64,000 nucleotides of DNA, taken from contig JAHDYR010000025.1 in assembly GCA_019828565.1 (NCBI GenBank), forward strand, positions 496,001 through 560,000. The letters run 5' to 3'. Source of the stretch: Carpediemonas membranifera BICM. Its lineage: Eukaryota > Protista > Fornicata. Both the position numbers and the translations under genes were made by a program. Positions 61,684 through 64,000 of the stretch are shown here, piece by piece. The notes beneath the pieces were generated by a model that was not told the origin of the DNA, did no database searches, and saw nothing but the letters and a program-made list of their open reading frames with translations. Within the stretch, counting starts at the first letter, position 1. The number at the start of each line of letters is the position of its first letter.

Positions 61684-64000
61684 ATGCTTCCACTGCTGCT
61701 TTTACTTTGTACACTAGCAAGTGTACTCTGTTACCAAGAGGTGCCCATCGCCAATTGTGCCTTCGCCGGCAATGACACGCTTTTCGCCCTCCGAGAAGGA
61801 TCTGCCTACCATTTGATCGACAGCTACCGCCGCATTGACGACACGTGGACAATCATCGACAGTGTGAACACCTCCTTCGCCTCCTCGTCCAACGAACCCC
61901 TCCTTGCTTCCCCCACGCATGTAGTGACCGTATGCCCCCGCTCCAGCACTTATCCAGGCAGTAACACTTCCAGACAGCACGTACCGCGTGCTCATCTATC
62001 TCAGGAACGGCACATCGCTCAGTCTGCACGCCGCCGTTGTTCCCCCAGTCGTCCCGCCGGCTGAAACCCCTCCGATGCAGGGCTTCGGGGCCACGCTCGC
62101 CCTTGACGGAGACTTGATCATCGTCGGCGGCACAATCCGTGACTCCCCATACCAGGACGGCTACTTCGTCTTCACCATCGCGTCGGGGGAGTGGGGCGAG
62201 CCCTTCTCTGTCTCGGACGCTGATAATCTCCCCAGTTCCGCCAACCAGACCTCGGTAGCAGCTTCTAACGGCATCATTGCCGTCACCAGGTTCTCCCGCT
62301 ACTACCCCCGCGTCGTTCGCCTCTACGACAGCTCCGGGGCCTACCTGACCTACTCCACCAATCGCCTGACGAACCCCAAGGTTGCCATGTCCGGTCGTTG
62401 GCTCGTAATCAGCGAGGAGACCACAGGATCATGGTCTGTAGGTAACCCGGGCGTCGTCTTCATCTATGAAATCTCCTCTGATCCCACAGTGCAAGTGTCC
62501 CTCGTCGCAACACTCCGCCCGCCCGGGCCAGAGTACGAGTCCCACTTTGGCGAGACTATCTCCGTCTACGAGGACACCGTTGCCATTGGTGCGTACACCC
62601 ATTGGTATGCGTATGGCGTCTACCGCAGTGGCTCGGCCTTCGTCTATCGGTTCAACGAGGCCACCGACAACTTTGACCTGGCATTCACCTCAGCTGGTGA
62701 CATTGTCGACGGGGGTTACGCCCATGGTATCGTCACCACGGGCACTGACCTCTTCATCCGCAGCGACCTCAACCCCGGCCGCATTTTAAGGTACTCTCCC
62801 TGCGACCCGGGGCACGAGACTGACGCCACCGGGCAGTGCGTCCCATGCCAGCCAGGTACGTTTGCTCACCTCAGCGCTGATTGCGAACCCTGCCCCCTGG
62901 GCACCTACCAGCCTGCTGCCGGCCAGTCGAGCTGTATTTCTCCCAGCGACGGCTACTACGCCCCTCCGTATGACCGCAGCGTGCAGTTGGCCTGTCCCAC
63001 TGGCTTCACTTCTCATGAGGAGGCCTGGACCTGCAGTAACCCGCCGGCCCCCTTCACCCTCGACGACGGCTCCAGCGGATTGGCAGTTTCTTCAACATCC
63101 AGCCTCGCCGTCGACTCAGAGTTCATCCTTGCTTTCCACGAGGGATCTGAACGCACACTTGCGATGTTTGACCTCGATGGAAACTTCCTGAATGCGACCA
63201 ATTGGCCCAGTGCCGTGAAGGTCACCTCGACGGACCGCCACATCTTCATTGTCGGGTGGACCTATTTGTCGAGGAAGTTTGAGGGCTGGGTCACCATCCT
63301 GACACACTCTACCCAGCCCAACGAGATCGCGACGGTCACATTCCCCGGTGATGAGTACGGCGTCTCCAGGACCTTCGCTTACTACCGTCCCGCTGCGTAT
63401 CTCAGTGGTGAGCGTTCGACGATTATTGTCGGCGACATGCGCGCGTCCTATGGCGGCGAGCAGTGCGGTCGCATCTTTGCTGTCTCGATTGAGGGTCATG
63501 ATCCGAGCACTGTCACAACCAACGTTACCCATGGCACGCGGTACTCCTACTTCGGCCGTGAGGTGGCCATCGATGGCCGGTACGTCTATGCTTTCTTCAT
63601 GATGGCAGACCAATGGGCTCCTGGGTACTACAACCGGCCCCTCGTACAGGCATACACGCACGATCTCACCCCTGTCGCGTTCTTCGGGCCTGACCGCATC
63701 GATACTTATTCTCACCTCAATATGGTCTCAAGCATTGCCTCCAATGGCACCGTCGTAGCTGTGGGCAGCTCCTTCCTCCAGCGCGTCTTCTTTTACTCAA
63801 CAGAAACCTTTGAGGAGCTCTCATCCGTGTCCCCTGGCTACATGACCCTCAATGGCAGCCATGACTCGTCCTACACTCCACCTACCTCGACTGACCTGTA
63901 TTTTGGGACAACCGTCGCCTTTTGTGGGACCGACCGCCTTGTGGCCTCCTCACCAGACACGTTTGGCATGGAGTTCGAGGATTCGGGCTATCTCTACCTC
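61684..64000 (+). CDS. Secreted/surface protein with FG-GAP-like propeller repeats and Cys-rich (GCC2/GCC3-like) repeats; intron 61930-61957; runs off the right edge
   Basis: Signal peptide MLPLLLLLCTLASVLC; FGATLALDGDLIIVGG; FGETISVYEDTVAIGA; CVPCQPGTF..CEPCPLGTYQPAAGQSSC. Confidence 0.85.

Overview
Gene-dense, GC-rich eukaryotic DNA with tiny intergenic spaces and short (mostly 28-34 nt) GT-AG introns whose branch point sits against the 3' splice site. This fits a compact anaerobic protist such as a Carpediemonas-like fornicate (inference). Most of the window is housekeeping genes: RNase H, sulfurtransferase, H2B, WD40, CDF transporter, PARP, MFS sugar porter, IscA, V-ATPase c'', Dis3, HDAC, RPC34, Nop14, Snu13, TDH, Fcf2, syntaxin 5, Bud32, COMMD9, ABCE1, CTU1, a surface protein and a ~3100-aa repeat coiled-coil protein. 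The standout is a Fanzor-type (eukaryotic TnpB-like, RNA-guided RuvC) element family. A longer copy lies at ~3778-5442(-) and a 5'-truncated, near-identical copy at 49626-50515(+). Both end in a ~145-nt structured non-coding tail (candidate omegaRNA scaffold) and share one frameshift. Two ~170-bp non-coding elements (46728-46904, 49274-49439) carry the same ~30-nt terminus and a shared GTGCACTTTA start, directly upstream of host start codons. A second highlight is a spliced gene missed by the ORF track (11649-12037). It encodes a bacterial-type, TM1266-like protein of the kind found near [FeFe]-hydrogenase maturases, with a short organellar presequence. Family assignments come from motif recognition only; no searches were run.
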